NCBI GenBank assembly: GCA_965249185.1
Contig: CBDFLS010000002.1
Location: 2,004,368 to 2,068,367, forward strand
Reading direction: 5' to 3'
DNA from: Dehalococcoidia bacterium
Lineage (GTDB): Bacteria > Chloroflexota > Dehalococcoidia > Lucifugimonadales > Australimonadaceae
DNA length: 64,000 nucleotides
The notes beneath the pieces are model-generated. The model ran no database searches. It was given only the letters and a program-made list of their open reading frames with translations, and was not told the DNA's origin. A program made the position numbers and the translations under genes. Numbering within the stretch: the stretch's first letter is position 1; the number at the start of each line of letters is the position of its first letter. Below, piece by piece: positions 19,117 through 28,756 of this stretch.

Positions 19117-19824
19117 ATGATGGAGTGGAGGCAGCGAGGATTCACGTTGGCGGAGCTGGTGGTGGTAATAGTCATGTTTGGGGTTTTGGCGGCTATCGCG
19201 ATGCCGTTGGCGATGTACTACCTGAACGGGGCGAAGGAGCGCTCGTACATCGCGGATCGGGCGCGATTCCAGGCGGCAGTAGATGGGTTCTACAACGCCG
19301 CGAGCAATGTGCGTTTTTTGGGAAAACGGCAGTATCCTCTGATCGGGCGAATGCAGACGTCGACTTTACTAACGAAAGAGACCAGCTCAGTAGCGTACGC
19401 GGATAACCAGGACCCATTCAGTCCGTTCATCAATGGGACGACTGCTATCGCGACGTGGAACCCGGTAGGTGGGACGGAGGGTAGCGACCTAAGCGCGAAA
19501 TGGTGGGATGTGGGGTTGATCCCGGATATGCGGGATGTGGCCAACTCGGGTGCCGCGGACAGATGGACGTCGGTGGTGGTGAAGCGTGACGGGGTGAAGT
19601 ACCATACGGATCCAAGGTACTTCATGATCGACTTCGAGCTTTTGGTGACAGATGAGTGGATGGAGGCAATTCCCGAATCAGCGTCGGAGGAAAATAACAA
19701 GAGCGGCGGGAGGGGAACGTACACGGGACACTACAGCTGGTATGTGGATGATGATGGAGCGGTACAAGCGCTGTATTACACCCTACCGTTAAGCCAGGGT
19801 TACCAGGACAACATATTCCCGTAA
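19117..19824 (+). CDS. Type IV pilin-like protein with prepilin N-terminal methylation motif
   Basis: RQRG/FTLAELVVVIVMFGVLAAIAMP class III signal and a variable ~200-aa C-terminal domain. Lower GC than its surroundings. Confidence 0.8.
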   Translation: MMEWRQRGFTLAELVVVIVMFGVLAAIAMPLAMYYLNGAKERSYIADRARFQAAVDGFYNAASNVRFLGKRQYPLIGRMQTSTLLTKETSSVAYADNQDPFSPFINGTTAIATWNPVGGTEGSDLSAKWWDVGLIPDMRDVANSGAADRWTSVVVKRDGVKYHTDPRYFMIDFELLVTDEWMEAIPESASEENNKSGGRGTYTGHYSWYVDDDGAVQALYYTLPLSQGYQDNIFP

Positions 19825-19924
19825 AATTTAGGTGAGGTTCACTGCCGGTCAGTAAGCGATTACACGCAATTTGGTTCACCACGAAGTGGGCGTGTCTTTG
19901 CTTGGGCTATGCGTAATACAAAAA

Positions 19925-20769
19925 GGGTATAGTCCCAAAACAGCCACCTGTGAGAGAATGGTGGCATGGGACGGAAGATTGGGTGCCCTCGATGTCAACA
20001 CGCCAAGAGCTGGAGCATTCGGCGAGGTAAGAGTCGTTGTGCAGCCTGCCACTACGAGTGGGTGCCCAGGGCGCTGCCGCTTCGGTTGTCGCCAGGGGAG
20101 TGGCGGCGACTGTTGCGCTGGTTCGTCTTGGGGCAGAGTGCCGAGGTGATTGCCCAGGAGGCCCGCCTGGAGCGAAAGCGAGTCCTGCGAGCCCTGATCG
20201 TGGTGCGCCAGGCCATGGTCCGGGACGTTCCCCATGTCTTCTCCGGCGTGGTGGAGGTCGACGAGACCTACCTGGGAGGTTCCTGGCGCAACAGGCGCCT
20301 GGCAAAGCGTGTTCAGGGCACGAAGCGGGGCCGTGGAACCACTAAGCAAGCTGTCTTTGGGATCCTGTGTCGAGGTGGCCTGGTGTGGGCGCAAGTGGTA
20401 CCTAACGTGGAAGCCAAGACGCTGCTGCCGCTCCTGCACCAACGCGTGCAACGTGGCTCCATCGTCTGCTCGGACACCTTTACCAGCTACACGGGCGTCG
20501 CAGCGGGGGGCTACGTCCACCGGCTTGTGGACCACAGCCAGGCGTTCAGCGATCGGCAAGGGAGCCACGTCAACGGCTTGGAGGGCTTCTGGGGTTATCT
20601 CAAGCGGCGTCTGGCAGCCAAAGGGGGAGTCCGCCGAGAACGGCTGCCCCTCTATCTTGCTGAGTATGTCTGGCGCTACAATCATCGGCGTCTGTTGGGA
20701 CCAGAACAGGTTAAGACATTGTTCAAGCTGCTTCAAAGCTAATCCGGTGGCTAAAACGGGACTTTACCC
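19925..20769 (+). mobile_element. IS1595-family insertion sequence, copy 2 (845 bp)
   Basis: Differs from copy 1 at one position (20190 a vs 14785 c, synonymous). Own 8-bp target duplication TACAAAAA (19917-19924 and 20770-20777). Confidence 0.9.
19966..20742 (+). CDS. IS1595-family transposase (copy 2)
   Basis: 258-aa product identical to that of 14561-15337. Confidence 0.9.
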   Translation: MGRKIGCPRCQHAKSWSIRRGKSRCAACHYEWVPRALPLRLSPGEWRRLLRWFVLGQSAEVIAQEARLERKRVLRALIVVRQAMVRDVPHVFSGVVEVDETYLGGSWRNRRLAKRVQGTKRGRGTTKQAVFGILCRGGLVWAQVVPNVEAKTLLPLLHQRVQRGSIVCSDTFTSYTGVAAGGYVHRLVDHSQAFSDRQGSHVNGLEGFWGYLKRRLAAKGGVRRERLPLYLAEYVWRYNHRRLLGPEQVKTLFKLLQS

Positions 20770-21042
20770 TACAAAAATGGTGTGCTAGTCTTCCAGCCAA
20801 ATAACTTTCACCACCTTCGATAGGTGATTGAGCAAGATCAAGTGGCCCGTCCTGAGTTCTCTGAATGGATGTGGTTGGGTTAAGTGCCATCTAAGTGATT
20901 GCCATGGCAACGGGCATCAGACAGGTGTGGTACGCCGAAGTGCTTATTGGAGTTCAGAAGCGAAGCAGTGGCTTACATCGCACGCCAATTGATGTAGAGC
21001 TGGCCACACGTAAAATCGCATGCGCGTGCGTGGCCTCCCCAC

Positions 21043-21957
21043 CTATCTGAAGGAGTCCAGCAGCTCGCCCAGGGTCAGCCAGTAGTAGACGATGTACGCC
21101 CCCGCTATGAGCAGCAGCCCGGCGCTGATGGGCTGGATGTAGGGGAGCACCCTGCGGACCTTCGTCACCAGCGCGCCGCGGAATATGGCGATGCTCAGTG
21201 TCAGCACCAGGATCACCAGCCCCATGCCGAAGCCGTAGAGCACGAACTGCAGGGCGGAGTCCAGGAAGGTGCCCACGGTGAGGGTGCTGCCCACCACCGT
21301 TAGGAAGATGGGCAGGGTGCAGCTCAGCGAAGCGGTGCCGTAGCCCAGCCCGAAGGCGAAGTAGCCGCGCACGCTGGTCTGGCCCGCGTTCCCCATCCGC
21401 GCCGACATCCGCTCGGCCAGCGAGCTGTAGAGCGTGCCACCGGCGACCATCCACGCGCCCGCGATGGCCAGCAGCACGCCGATGCTCAGCCCGATCCATG
21501 GGAAGAACTTGATCAGGGGCTGCGCGCCGCCGGCGATGGCCAGCCCCACGACGCCGAAGAGCACGATGAACCCCGACGTCACCACCGAGCCCACCAGCAA
21601 CGCCCGGGAGAGGCGGTGGACGACGGGGCCGGGCGCGTCCGCGGTGGCATCGCTTCCCAGGTAGAGGCCCAGGTACGCAGGCAGCATGGCGAAGCCGCAT
21701 GGGTTCACCGCCGACACCATGCCGGCGCCAAAGGCGAAGCCCAGCGGGATGAGGCTGCTGGTGCTCCCGAGGAAGTTGCCCGCCGACGCCGAGAGCGATT
21801 CGACGCGCCCGGTGAGCACGCCCGTGGTGGTCCCCGTCACGATGGCCCCCACGACCGCCGCGCCCAGGACCGCCAGCAGCAGCGCCGCCGGTACAACGAG
21901 CGTCCGGGACAGGCTCCTCTTTCCGGCTGCGGTTCGCTCCATGGCTGCCTCTCGCAT
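21043..21957 (-). CDS. ccdA: Cytochrome c biogenesis / thiol-disulfide transfer membrane protein, CcdA/DsbD-like
   Basis: Multi-TM protein with SAVNPCGFAMLPAYLG and a second Cys in a TM helix (ASLSCTLPIF), the DsbD_2-type pattern. Confidence 0.7.
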   Translation of the reverse strand: MREAAMERTAAGKRSLSRTLVVPAALLLAVLGAAVVGAIVTGTTTGVLTGRVESLSASAGNFLGSTSSLIPLGFAFGAGMVSAVNPCGFAMLPAYLGLYLGSDATADAPGPVVHRLSRALLVGSVVTSGFIVLFGVVGLAIAGGAQPLIKFFPWIGLSIGVLLAIAGAWMVAGGTLYSSLAERMSARMGNAGQTSVRGYFAFGLGYGTASLSCTLPIFLTVVGSTLTVGTFLDSALQFVLYGFGMGLVILVLTLSIAIFRGALVTKVRRVLPYIQPISAGLLLIAGAYIVYYWLTLGELLDSFR

Positions 21958-22181
21958 ATATTCTAGCCGAATCCGTCCCCGCTGTACGGCTGCTAACTTG
22001 CGGGTGTATGAAGCAGCTTACGAAACACTTCGTCCTTTGGATGCTGCGCCGCCGCTGAGGGTGCATGGGAGGAGATGTCGCGCCGCCGCCGAGGATGCCG
22101 CGGCGTGTATACTTCCCCGCGGTGTCCAGGGCGGACCGCCGGCGGAGGGCAGCAGGCGCTGGGCATGCGGAGGGAGGCTGC

Positions 22182-23501
22182 ATGGCGGCGAGGCCGGGCT
22201 CGGAAGACAAGAGAGCTCCACGCTTCTTCTACGGCTGGTACGTAGTTATGGGCATGGCCGTGGTGGGCGGCATGGTCATCGCCATGGGCGGCGCCAACTT
22301 CGGCCTGTTCATTGAGCCCATGCGCGAGGCGCTGGATACGGGCGATGCCAGCTTCGGCCTGGCGCAGACGGCCCGGGTCATCGGCGTGGCGGTGTCGGCG
22401 CCCTTCATCGGACGGCTGCTGGACCGGCACGGCGCTCGCGGGCCCCTGGCGGTGGCCGGCTTCCTCACGGGCCTGGCCGTGATGGCCCTGGCGTTGGTGA
22501 CGGCGCCCTGGCAGATGGTGGCCGTCTTCGCCGTTCTGGGCATCCTCGGCATGCAGGGTGGCATCACCCTCTACACCACCGTTCCCATCGCCCGCTGGTT
22601 CGTGCGCAAGCGGGGCAGGGCCATGTCCCTGACCATTGTCGGCATCCCCATCGGCATCGCCATCTCGGCGCCGGTGACCCAGCAGCTCATCAAGTATGTG
22701 GGATGGGAGAACGCGTGGCTCATCTTCGGCGGGTTCGGCGGCATCGTGATCATCGCTATCGCCCTGGTAGTCGTGCGCCGCCAGCCGGAGGACATGGGCC
22801 TGCTTCCCGATGGCGCCGCGCCGCCGTCCGACGCCGGTCAAGCCGTCGCCGGCGGTCCCGAAGGGAGCAAGCCTCCTCCGCGTTCCCAGCCGGACGAGTA
22901 CCAGTGGACCCGGGCCGAGGCGATGCGCACGGGCGCCTTCTGGCGGCTGGCGGTGGTCTTCGGCCTGGTCATGTTCGGCCAGGCCACCATGGTCATCTTC
23001 CGCTACCCCTACTTCGTCGAGCGGGGGATCAGTAAGCAGCTCTCCGCGTACAGCCTGTCCGTTGAGGCGCTCGTTGGCATAAGCGTCATCCTTCTGCTGG
23101 GGCTAGTGCTCGACCGCGTCAAGCCCCACTACGTGGGCGTCCTTGGATTCTTCTTTCTCATAGTCTGCTACCTCCTGACCATGACGATCACAACGCCGTG
23201 GCAGATGTTCCTGGCGTCGGTCTTCCTCGGCATGGGGATTCCCATCCAGGTAACGCTGCAAAACTCGATCTGGCCGACATACTTTGGAAGGGCGCATGTG
23301 GGGAGCATTCGGGGAGCATCCTTCCCGATCACCATCTTCTTCAGCGCTCTGGGAGCTCCCCTGGCGGGGATATTGAAAGATGTTACGGGGGAATACTTCG
23401 TGGCGTGGTGGGCGGCCATAGGCGCATTCCTCATCGGGGCCCTGCTGTTCGCCTTCACGCCCCGTCCGAAACCGAAGCGCGCTGTCGCCACCGCGCTCTA
23501 G
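22182..23501 (+). CDS. MFS transporter (oxalate/formate antiporter-like subfamily), paralog 1
   Basis: RFFYGWYVVMGMAVVG N-terminus, 12 TM, GRLLDRHGARG loop motif. Confidence 0.8.
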   Translation: MAARPGSEDKRAPRFFYGWYVVMGMAVVGGMVIAMGGANFGLFIEPMREALDTGDASFGLAQTARVIGVAVSAPFIGRLLDRHGARGPLAVAGFLTGLAVMALALVTAPWQMVAVFAVLGILGMQGGITLYTTVPIARWFVRKRGRAMSLTIVGIPIGIAISAPVTQQLIKYVGWENAWLIFGGFGGIVIIAIALVVVRRQPEDMGLLPDGAAPPSDAGQAVAGGPEGSKPPPRSQPDEYQWTRAEAMRTGAFWRLAVVFGLVMFGQATMVIFRYPYFVERGISKQLSAYSLSVEALVGISVILLLGLVLDRVKPHYVGVLGFFFLIVCYLLTMTITTPWQMFLASVFLGMGIPIQVTLQNSIWPTYFGRAHVGSIRGASFPITIFFSALGAPLAGILKDVTGEYFVAWWAAIGAFLIGALLFAFTPRPKPKRAVATAL

Positions 23502-23607
23502 TCACGGCGCGTTGCCGCCGGGGCGTCCGGCATGGACGCCGCCCCGCCCAAAGGGCTCCGCTGCAATCAGGGACAGCCGTCCCGCCATCGTGGACTGAGA
23601 GCAACCG

Positions 23608-24900
23608 ATGCGAGCGGAAGAACAACCCAAGAGACCTCCTCGGCTCTACTATGGCTGGGTCATCGTGGTTGCGCTGGGTGTCATTGGCGGCATGGCCGTC
23701 GGCATGGGGGGCGTCAACTTCGGCCTCTTCGTCAAGCCCATGGAAAACGAGCTGGGCATAAGCCAGGCCTTTTTCGGCCTGGCGCACACCGCGCGCATCG
23801 TCGGTGTGGCGGTGTCGGCGCCCTTCCTCGGACGGCTGTTGGACCGGTACGGGCCCCGGGGACTCCTGGCGGGGGCCGGTCTCCTCTCGGGCCTGTGCGT
23901 CATGGGGCTGGCCCACGTCACCGAGGCGTGGCAGATGATCGCCCTCTTCGCTGCCCTGGGGTTCATCGGCCTGCAGGGCGGCATCATGCTTTACACCTCG
24001 GTCCCCATCGCCAGGTGGTTCGTGCGTCGACGCGGCAAGGCCATGGCCTGGAGCTTCATCGGCGTTCCCGTCGGCATCGCCATCACCGGCCCCTTGACCC
24101 AGTTCAGCATCTCCCACGTTGGATGGCGCGATACGTGGACTATCTTTGGCAGCATCGGCGCCATAGTCGTGGTACTGATCGCCTTGCTGCTGGTGCGCCG
24201 TGCGCCGGAGGACATGGGTCTGCTGCCCGATGGGGTCTCGCACGACCAGGCGGCGCGGGAGGCCGCTCAAGCCCAGGCCCCGGGCGCGCCCTCCACGTCT
24301 GAGCACTCGTGGACCCGGGCCGAGGCGATACGTACGGGCGCCTTCTGGCGCCTGGCCGTGGTCTTTGGACTCATGATGTTCGGCCAGTCCACCATGACCC
24401 TCTTCCGCTTCCCCCACTTTACGGACCGTGGCATCGATTCGCAGCTCGTCGCCTTCACCCTCACGGCCGAGGCGCTGACCGGGGTGGCGGTGCTCTTCGT
24501 CTGGGGCATGGTCATGGACCGGTTCAAACCTCGCCATGTGGGCGTGCTGGGGTTCGTGGCGCTGACCATTGCCGTCCTGCTCATCATGTCCACCCGGACG
24601 CCGGCGCACATGTTCCTGGCCACCACTGTGTACGGCATCGGGATACCCACCATACTGAACCTCCAGAACGTGATCTGGCCCGCGTACTTTGGCCGGGCGA
24701 ACCTGGGCAGCATCCGGGGCCTGGCCCTTCCCATAACGCTGGGCCTGGGCGCCCTGGGAGCGCCGATAACCGGATGGATCAACGACACCAGTGGGAACTA
24801 CTTTCCGGCGTGGTGGGGAGCCGTTGGCGTGCTGGTGGCAGCGGTCGTTCTCGTGGCGTTTACGACCCCGCCCAGGCGGCCCAGCGCACGCTCTGCGTAG
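23608..24900 (+). CDS. MFS transporter, paralog 2 (tandem duplicate of 22182-23501)
   Basis: Colinear with paralog 1 (LYYGWVIVVALGVIGG..., GRLLDRYGPRG..., PIARWFVRRRGKAM). Confidence 0.8.
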   Translation: MRAEEQPKRPPRLYYGWVIVVALGVIGGMAVGMGGVNFGLFVKPMENELGISQAFFGLAHTARIVGVAVSAPFLGRLLDRYGPRGLLAGAGLLSGLCVMGLAHVTEAWQMIALFAALGFIGLQGGIMLYTSVPIARWFVRRRGKAMAWSFIGVPVGIAITGPLTQFSISHVGWRDTWTIFGSIGAIVVVLIALLLVRRAPEDMGLLPDGVSHDQAAREAAQAQAPGAPSTSEHSWTRAEAIRTGAFWRLAVVFGLMMFGQSTMTLFRFPHFTDRGIDSQLVAFTLTAEALTGVAVLFVWGMVMDRFKPRHVGVLGFVALTIAVLLIMSTRTPAHMFLATTVYGIGIPTILNLQNVIWPAYFGRANLGSIRGLALPITLGLGALGAPITGWINDTSGNYFPAWWGAVGVLVAAVVLVAFTTPPRRPSARSA

Positions 24901-24903
24901 CGG

Positions 24904-26052
24904 TTAGACAGCCCCGAGTCGGGCCGAGGGCTGCTCGTTATCGCCGGCTCGAGAAATGGGCTCCGGCCATAGGTGGACCGCCGTGGACGGGATGGTCACC
25001 GTCCACTCCAGCGGCAGCGACGGCCCCAGCGCATGGTGGGCGGCCAGGTCCAGCTCCACGTGGAGCTGCGGGCCCGCGCCCGTGTCGCCACGCAGCGCCA
25101 GGAGGAGCTCCCGGCGCGCGCCCCGGTCGAGCTGCTGAACCAGGCGGCCCGGCACGGTCGTTCCGGAGGGGCTGTCCTGTGTTGGCGGACCGGGCTGGAG
25201 CGCCACCTCCTGGGGCCGGATGCCCACGGTTACCCTCGCGCCTCGTTTCAGCCCCGAGCCTCTGGCCTTCAGGCGCACCCCGTCCATCTCCACCATGGTG
25301 GCCTCACCGTCGGCGCTGACAACGGCGCCCGGCAGCAGGTTTCTGACGCCGAGCACGCGGGCGGCCGCCGGCGTGGCTGGGTGGCGGAACACCTCCTGGC
25401 GAGGCCCCCGCTGGACCACTCGGCCAGCCTTCAAGACCACCAGGTGAGATGCCAGGGCGTAGGCCTCGGCCACGTCGTGGGTCACCAGCAGCGTCGTGAG
25501 CCCCACGCGCTCCTGCAGCTCGCGGAACTGCTCCGTCAGCGCCGCCCGGGTGGGCGTATCGAGGGCGGAGAAGGGCTCGTCGAGCAGCATCAGCGATGGC
25601 CGGCGGGCCAGGGCGCGTCCGAGGGCTACCCGCTGCTGCTGGCCGCCCGAGAGCTCGGTGGGCCGGCGCCGCTCCAGTCCCTCCAGGTGCAGCAGCTCCA
25701 CCAGCTCGGCCACCCTGCGCTGGCGCTCGCCCCCGGACCAGCCGCCGAGTCCATACGTCAAGTTCTGGAAGACCGTGAGGTGGGGGAAGAGGGCGTATTG
25801 CTGGAAGACGTACCCGATCTCCCGCAGCCGCGCCGGCATCCGCAGCTTCCGCTCCGCGTCGAAGAGAGGCCGCCCGTCCAGGGTGATGTGGCCGGCGTGG
25901 GGCCGAAGCAGTCCGGCGATGGCCCGCAGCGTGAGCGTTTTGCCCGAGCCCGACGCGCCCAAGACGCCCGTGGTCCCTCCTTCGACGTCGAAAGCCGCTT
26001 CCAATGAGAAGCTGCCGACTTGCGCTTCAATCGCCACCGAGAGGCGTGCCAT
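24904..26052 (-). CDS. modC: Molybdate ABC transporter ATP-binding protein
   Basis: Walker A GASGSGKT, signature LSGGQQQR, Walker B LLDEPFSALD, C-terminal TOBE-like domain. Sits in a modABC arrangement. Confidence 0.85.
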   Translation of the reverse strand: MARLSVAIEAQVGSFSLEAAFDVEGGTTGVLGASGSGKTLTLRAIAGLLRPHAGHITLDGRPLFDAERKLRMPARLREIGYVFQQYALFPHLTVFQNLTYGLGGWSGGERQRRVAELVELLHLEGLERRRPTELSGGQQQRVALGRALARRPSLMLLDEPFSALDTPTRAALTEQFRELQERVGLTTLLVTHDVAEAYALASHLVVLKAGRVVQRGPRQEVFRHPATPAAARVLGVRNLLPGAVVSADGEATMVEMDGVRLKARGSGLKRGARVTVGIRPQEVALQPGPPTQDSPSGTTVPGRLVQQLDRGARRELLLALRGDTGAGPQLHVELDLAAHHALGPSLPLEWTVTIPSTAVHLWPEPISRAGDNEQPSARLGAV

Positions 26053-26712
26053 TTACCACCGTCCTCCGCGACCCACGATGCCAACGGTTACCAGGAGGCC
26101 CACCGTTGTCAGCGTGAGCAGCAGCACTAGCACCTGCGCATCGCCGATCCGGTTCGTTTGGACGGCGTCGTAGATGGCGATGGACATGGTCTGGGTGCGC
26201 CCCGGCACGTTGCCCGCCACCATCAGCGTTGCGCCGAACTCGCCCATCGCCCGGGCCAAGGCCATGGCCACGCCGGCGAGCACCGCCTTCCACGCCAGCG
26301 GGATGGTGACGGTGCGGAACACCCCGATCTCGGTGCGGCCCAGGGTGCGCGCCGCCTCCTCGTACGCGGGATCCACCAACTCAAAGCCGGCCTGGGCCGC
26401 GCGTATCAGGAACGGCACCGAGGAGACGAAGGCGGCCAGGACCGCGCCGCTCCAGTGGAATACAAGGGAGAAGCTGAAGACGCTCTCCAGGAAAGAGCCG
26501 ATGGCGCTCTGGCGGCCGACTATCTGGAGAAGGTAGTAGCCCAGCACCGTGGGTGGGAGCAGCATGGGCACCAGCACCAGCACCGAAAGGAAGTCCCGTC
26601 CCCAGAACCGCAGGCGCGCTAATCCCCACGCCACGGGCACGCCGATGACCACGGCCAGCGCCGTGCTCGCCAGCGCCACTTGCAGGCTCAAGCCCACCGG
26701 GAAGAGGTCCAT
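26053..26712 (-). CDS. modB: Molybdate ABC transporter permease
   Basis: 219 aa, 5-6 TM, EAA-type loop (YEEAARTLGRTEIGVFRTVTIPLA). Start abuts the modC gene. Confidence 0.85.
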   Translation of the reverse strand: MDLFPVGLSLQVALASTALAVVIGVPVAWGLARLRFWGRDFLSVLVLVPMLLPPTVLGYYLLQIVGRQSAIGSFLESVFSFSLVFHWSGAVLAAFVSSVPFLIRAAQAGFELVDPAYEEAARTLGRTEIGVFRTVTIPLAWKAVLAGVAMALARAMGEFGATLMVAGNVPGRTQTMSIAIYDAVQTNRIGDAQVLVLLLTLTTVGLLVTVGIVGRGGRW

Positions 26713-26714
26713 GG

Positions 26715-27491
26715 CTAGGGTCCGCTCCCACTGGACGATGGGCCGTAGCCATGACGCCCCAACGCAGCCGCGCCCATGGGCCCCGTGACGAGGTCCACGA
26801 AACGTTGCGCCAGCTCCGGCTGGGCCGATCCCCTCAACACGCCGATGGTCTGGACGATGGGTGGATGGAGCTCCGGGTCCAGGGGCGTAACGGCGAGAAC
26901 CTCCGCGTCCGCTAAGGAGCGTGCCACCAGCCCCATCTCGGCGTTCCCCGTCTCGACGAACTGCAACGCCTGGCGCACGTTCTCGCCGTAGACGAGCTTG
27001 GGTTGGAGCCGGGTCCAGAGGCCGGCTGAACGGAGTGCCTCCCGCGCCGCGGCGCCATAGGGCGCCGTCTCCGGGTTGGCCATGGCCACGTAGCGCACCT
27101 GGGGATCGAGCAGCGCCTCCAGCGAGACCGGGGCCGGTCCGGCCTTCCGGTTCGCCACCAGCACTAGCTGCCCGAAGGCGTACGTCCGGTAGGTCCCCGG
27201 GGCGATCAGCCCCTGCCGCTCGAGCCGGTCCATAAACGATGGATCGGCGGCCGCGAATACGTCGATAGGCGCGCCCTGCTCGATCTGGTGGGTCAGTGTC
27301 CCGGTAGCGCCGAAGGAGAAGATGACGTCGGCGCCGCTCTCCTCCTGGAACCGCTCACCCAGCTCGTGAAAAAGGGGCTGGAGGCTCGAGGCGGCCGCCA
27401 CGATGAGCTTCGGCGGAGGCCCTGCCGGAGCGGTGCCTGCGCACGATGCCATGAGCACCAGCGCGGTGAGCGCAATCCAGCGCAAGGGCAT
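26715..27491 (-). CDS. modA: Molybdate-binding periplasmic protein (lipoprotein)
   Basis: Signal and lipobox LVLMASCAG, then LIVAAASSL...FSFGATGTL...DVFAAAD typical of ModA. Start at ATG 27491. Confidence 0.85.
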   Translation of the reverse strand: MPLRWIALTALVLMASCAGTAPAGPPPKLIVAAASSLQPLFHELGERFQEESGADVIFSFGATGTLTHQIEQGAPIDVFAAADPSFMDRLERQGLIAPGTYRTYAFGQLVLVANRKAGPAPVSLEALLDPQVRYVAMANPETAPYGAAAREALRSAGLWTRLQPKLVYGENVRQALQFVETGNAEMGLVARSLADAEVLAVTPLDPELHPPIVQTIGVLRGSAQPELAQRFVDLVTGPMGAAALGRHGYGPSSSGSGP

Positions 27492-27522
27492 GGAGGCTAC
27501 CTTTCGGGCGGCTGACAATGGG

Positions 27523-28665
27523 TCAGGCGGCTGACAACGGGGACCCCATATTGGTGGTGTCGTAGCCACCCAAAGACTCCACCTGCCGGCGCAGCTCAGG
27601 CCGCCGCAGCGCCGCGAGAAGCTCCTGGACCGGGTCTAGGTCCAGGAAGTGGTCCGGTATCACCAGGTCGTACCGCTCCTGGTCCAGCGGGATGAAGTCC
27701 AGCCCCGCAGCCTGGGCCGCCGCTTTGACGCCAACTCCGGCGTCGGCCAGGCCCATGGCCACCACCTGCGCCACCATTAGGTGTCCAGGCGCCTCGCGGC
27801 CATACCCGGCCAGCGCCTGGGTGGGCACCCCCGCCTGCGCCAGCGCGCGGTCCAGCAGAGCGCGGCTGCCGGAGCCCGGCTCGCGATTGACCATGAAGGT
27901 GTCCGGGCGCGCCAGGTCCTCCACGCCCCGTACCTGCTTAGGATTTCCGGGGGCCACCATGAGCCCCTGGTGCCAGACCGCAAAGGTGACCACTGTGGCG
28001 GGGAACGGAAGCAGCCGACGTGCCCAGGGGCCGTTGTAGGTGCCCGTGGCCTCGTCCAGCAGGTGACAGCCCGCCACGTGGGCGTGGCCCAGGGCCAGCT
28101 GCTCGAGCGCGGAGCGGCTGGCCTGCTCGAACCACCGCAGCTCCACGCCGCGCCCCTGGAGATGGAACGCCACCACCGCCGCGGCCGGGTCGCATCCCAC
28201 CGCCACCAGACTCCGCTTCGACGGTGCCGCTGACCCCCAGAGGTCCACGAGCACCCGATCACCGCCACCGCTGGCGGGACGGGCCATGCCTTGACCCGGC
28301 GGCAATAGGCTGGCGATGCCCATTTTCGGCGGCCCTCCCTGCAGCGGACGGGCCAGCCACCGCTGGCCGACCTGATGGAGGTCCACCCTTCCGGACGCCG
28401 GTGCGGAAACGGCCCGCTCGGGCAAAGGAACGCCGGGCGTGACCCACTCCGCCTCGACGGCTCGCACCTCCTGCTCCGAGAGCCGGAATAGCGACTCCAC
28501 CGCTGTGTCCAGGGCTCGGGCGAGTCGAAGCGCCACATCGGTGGCTGGAGTGGCGAAGCCCCGCTCGATGGCGGCGTAGGCCTGCCTGCTGACCCCGGCG
28601 GCCTGGGCAAGCTCTGCCTGACTGAGATTGGAGGCTCGGCGAGCCTCCCGGAGAGTCGTCTCCAC
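27523..28665 (-). CDS. XRE-type HTH regulator fused to a periplasmic-binding-protein-like (molybdate/tungstate-binding-type) domain
   Basis: LREARRASNLSQAELAQAAGVSRQAYAAIERG HTH, with a C-terminal PBP-like domain. Immediately upstream of modABC on the same strand. Start placed at GTG 28665; the ORF extension into the polypurine tract was rejected. Confidence 0.7.
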   Translation of the reverse strand: METTLREARRASNLSQAELAQAAGVSRQAYAAIERGFATPATDVALRLARALDTAVESLFRLSEQEVRAVEAEWVTPGVPLPERAVSAPASGRVDLHQVGQRWLARPLQGGPPKMGIASLLPPGQGMARPASGGGDRVLVDLWGSAAPSKRSLVAVGCDPAAAVVAFHLQGRGVELRWFEQASRSALEQLALGHAHVAGCHLLDEATGTYNGPWARRLLPFPATVVTFAVWHQGLMVAPGNPKQVRGVEDLARPDTFMVNREPGSGSRALLDRALAQAGVPTQALAGYGREAPGHLMVAQVVAMGLADAGVGVKAAAQAAGLDFIPLDQERYDLVIPDHFLDLDPVQELLAALRRPELRRQVESLGGYDTTNMGSPLSAA

Positions 28666-28686
28666 GCGGGCCAGGACAAGAATGTA

Positions 28687-28717
28687 ATGTATACATGATA
28701 TCATAGCAAGTATACAT
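28687..28717. promoter_or_regulatory. Nested AT-rich palindrome (candidate operator/promoter of the mod regulator-modABC unit)
   Basis: ATGTATAC (28687-28694) and GTATACAT (28710-28717) flank 15 bp that contain the palindrome ATGATATCAT (28695-28704). Lies 22 bp upstream of GTG 28665. Confidence 0.5.
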
Positions 28718-28756
28718 ATCTTTTCTATCCGATAGGCCTCCTCGCGAGAGCCAGGA

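Noticed and set aside
14520-20769. Composite transposon formed by the two IS1595 copies
   Set aside because: Each copy has its own perfect 8-bp target duplication (TTGAGCTA and TACAAAAA), and the outer flanks do not match each other. These are two independent insertions, not one composite transposition.
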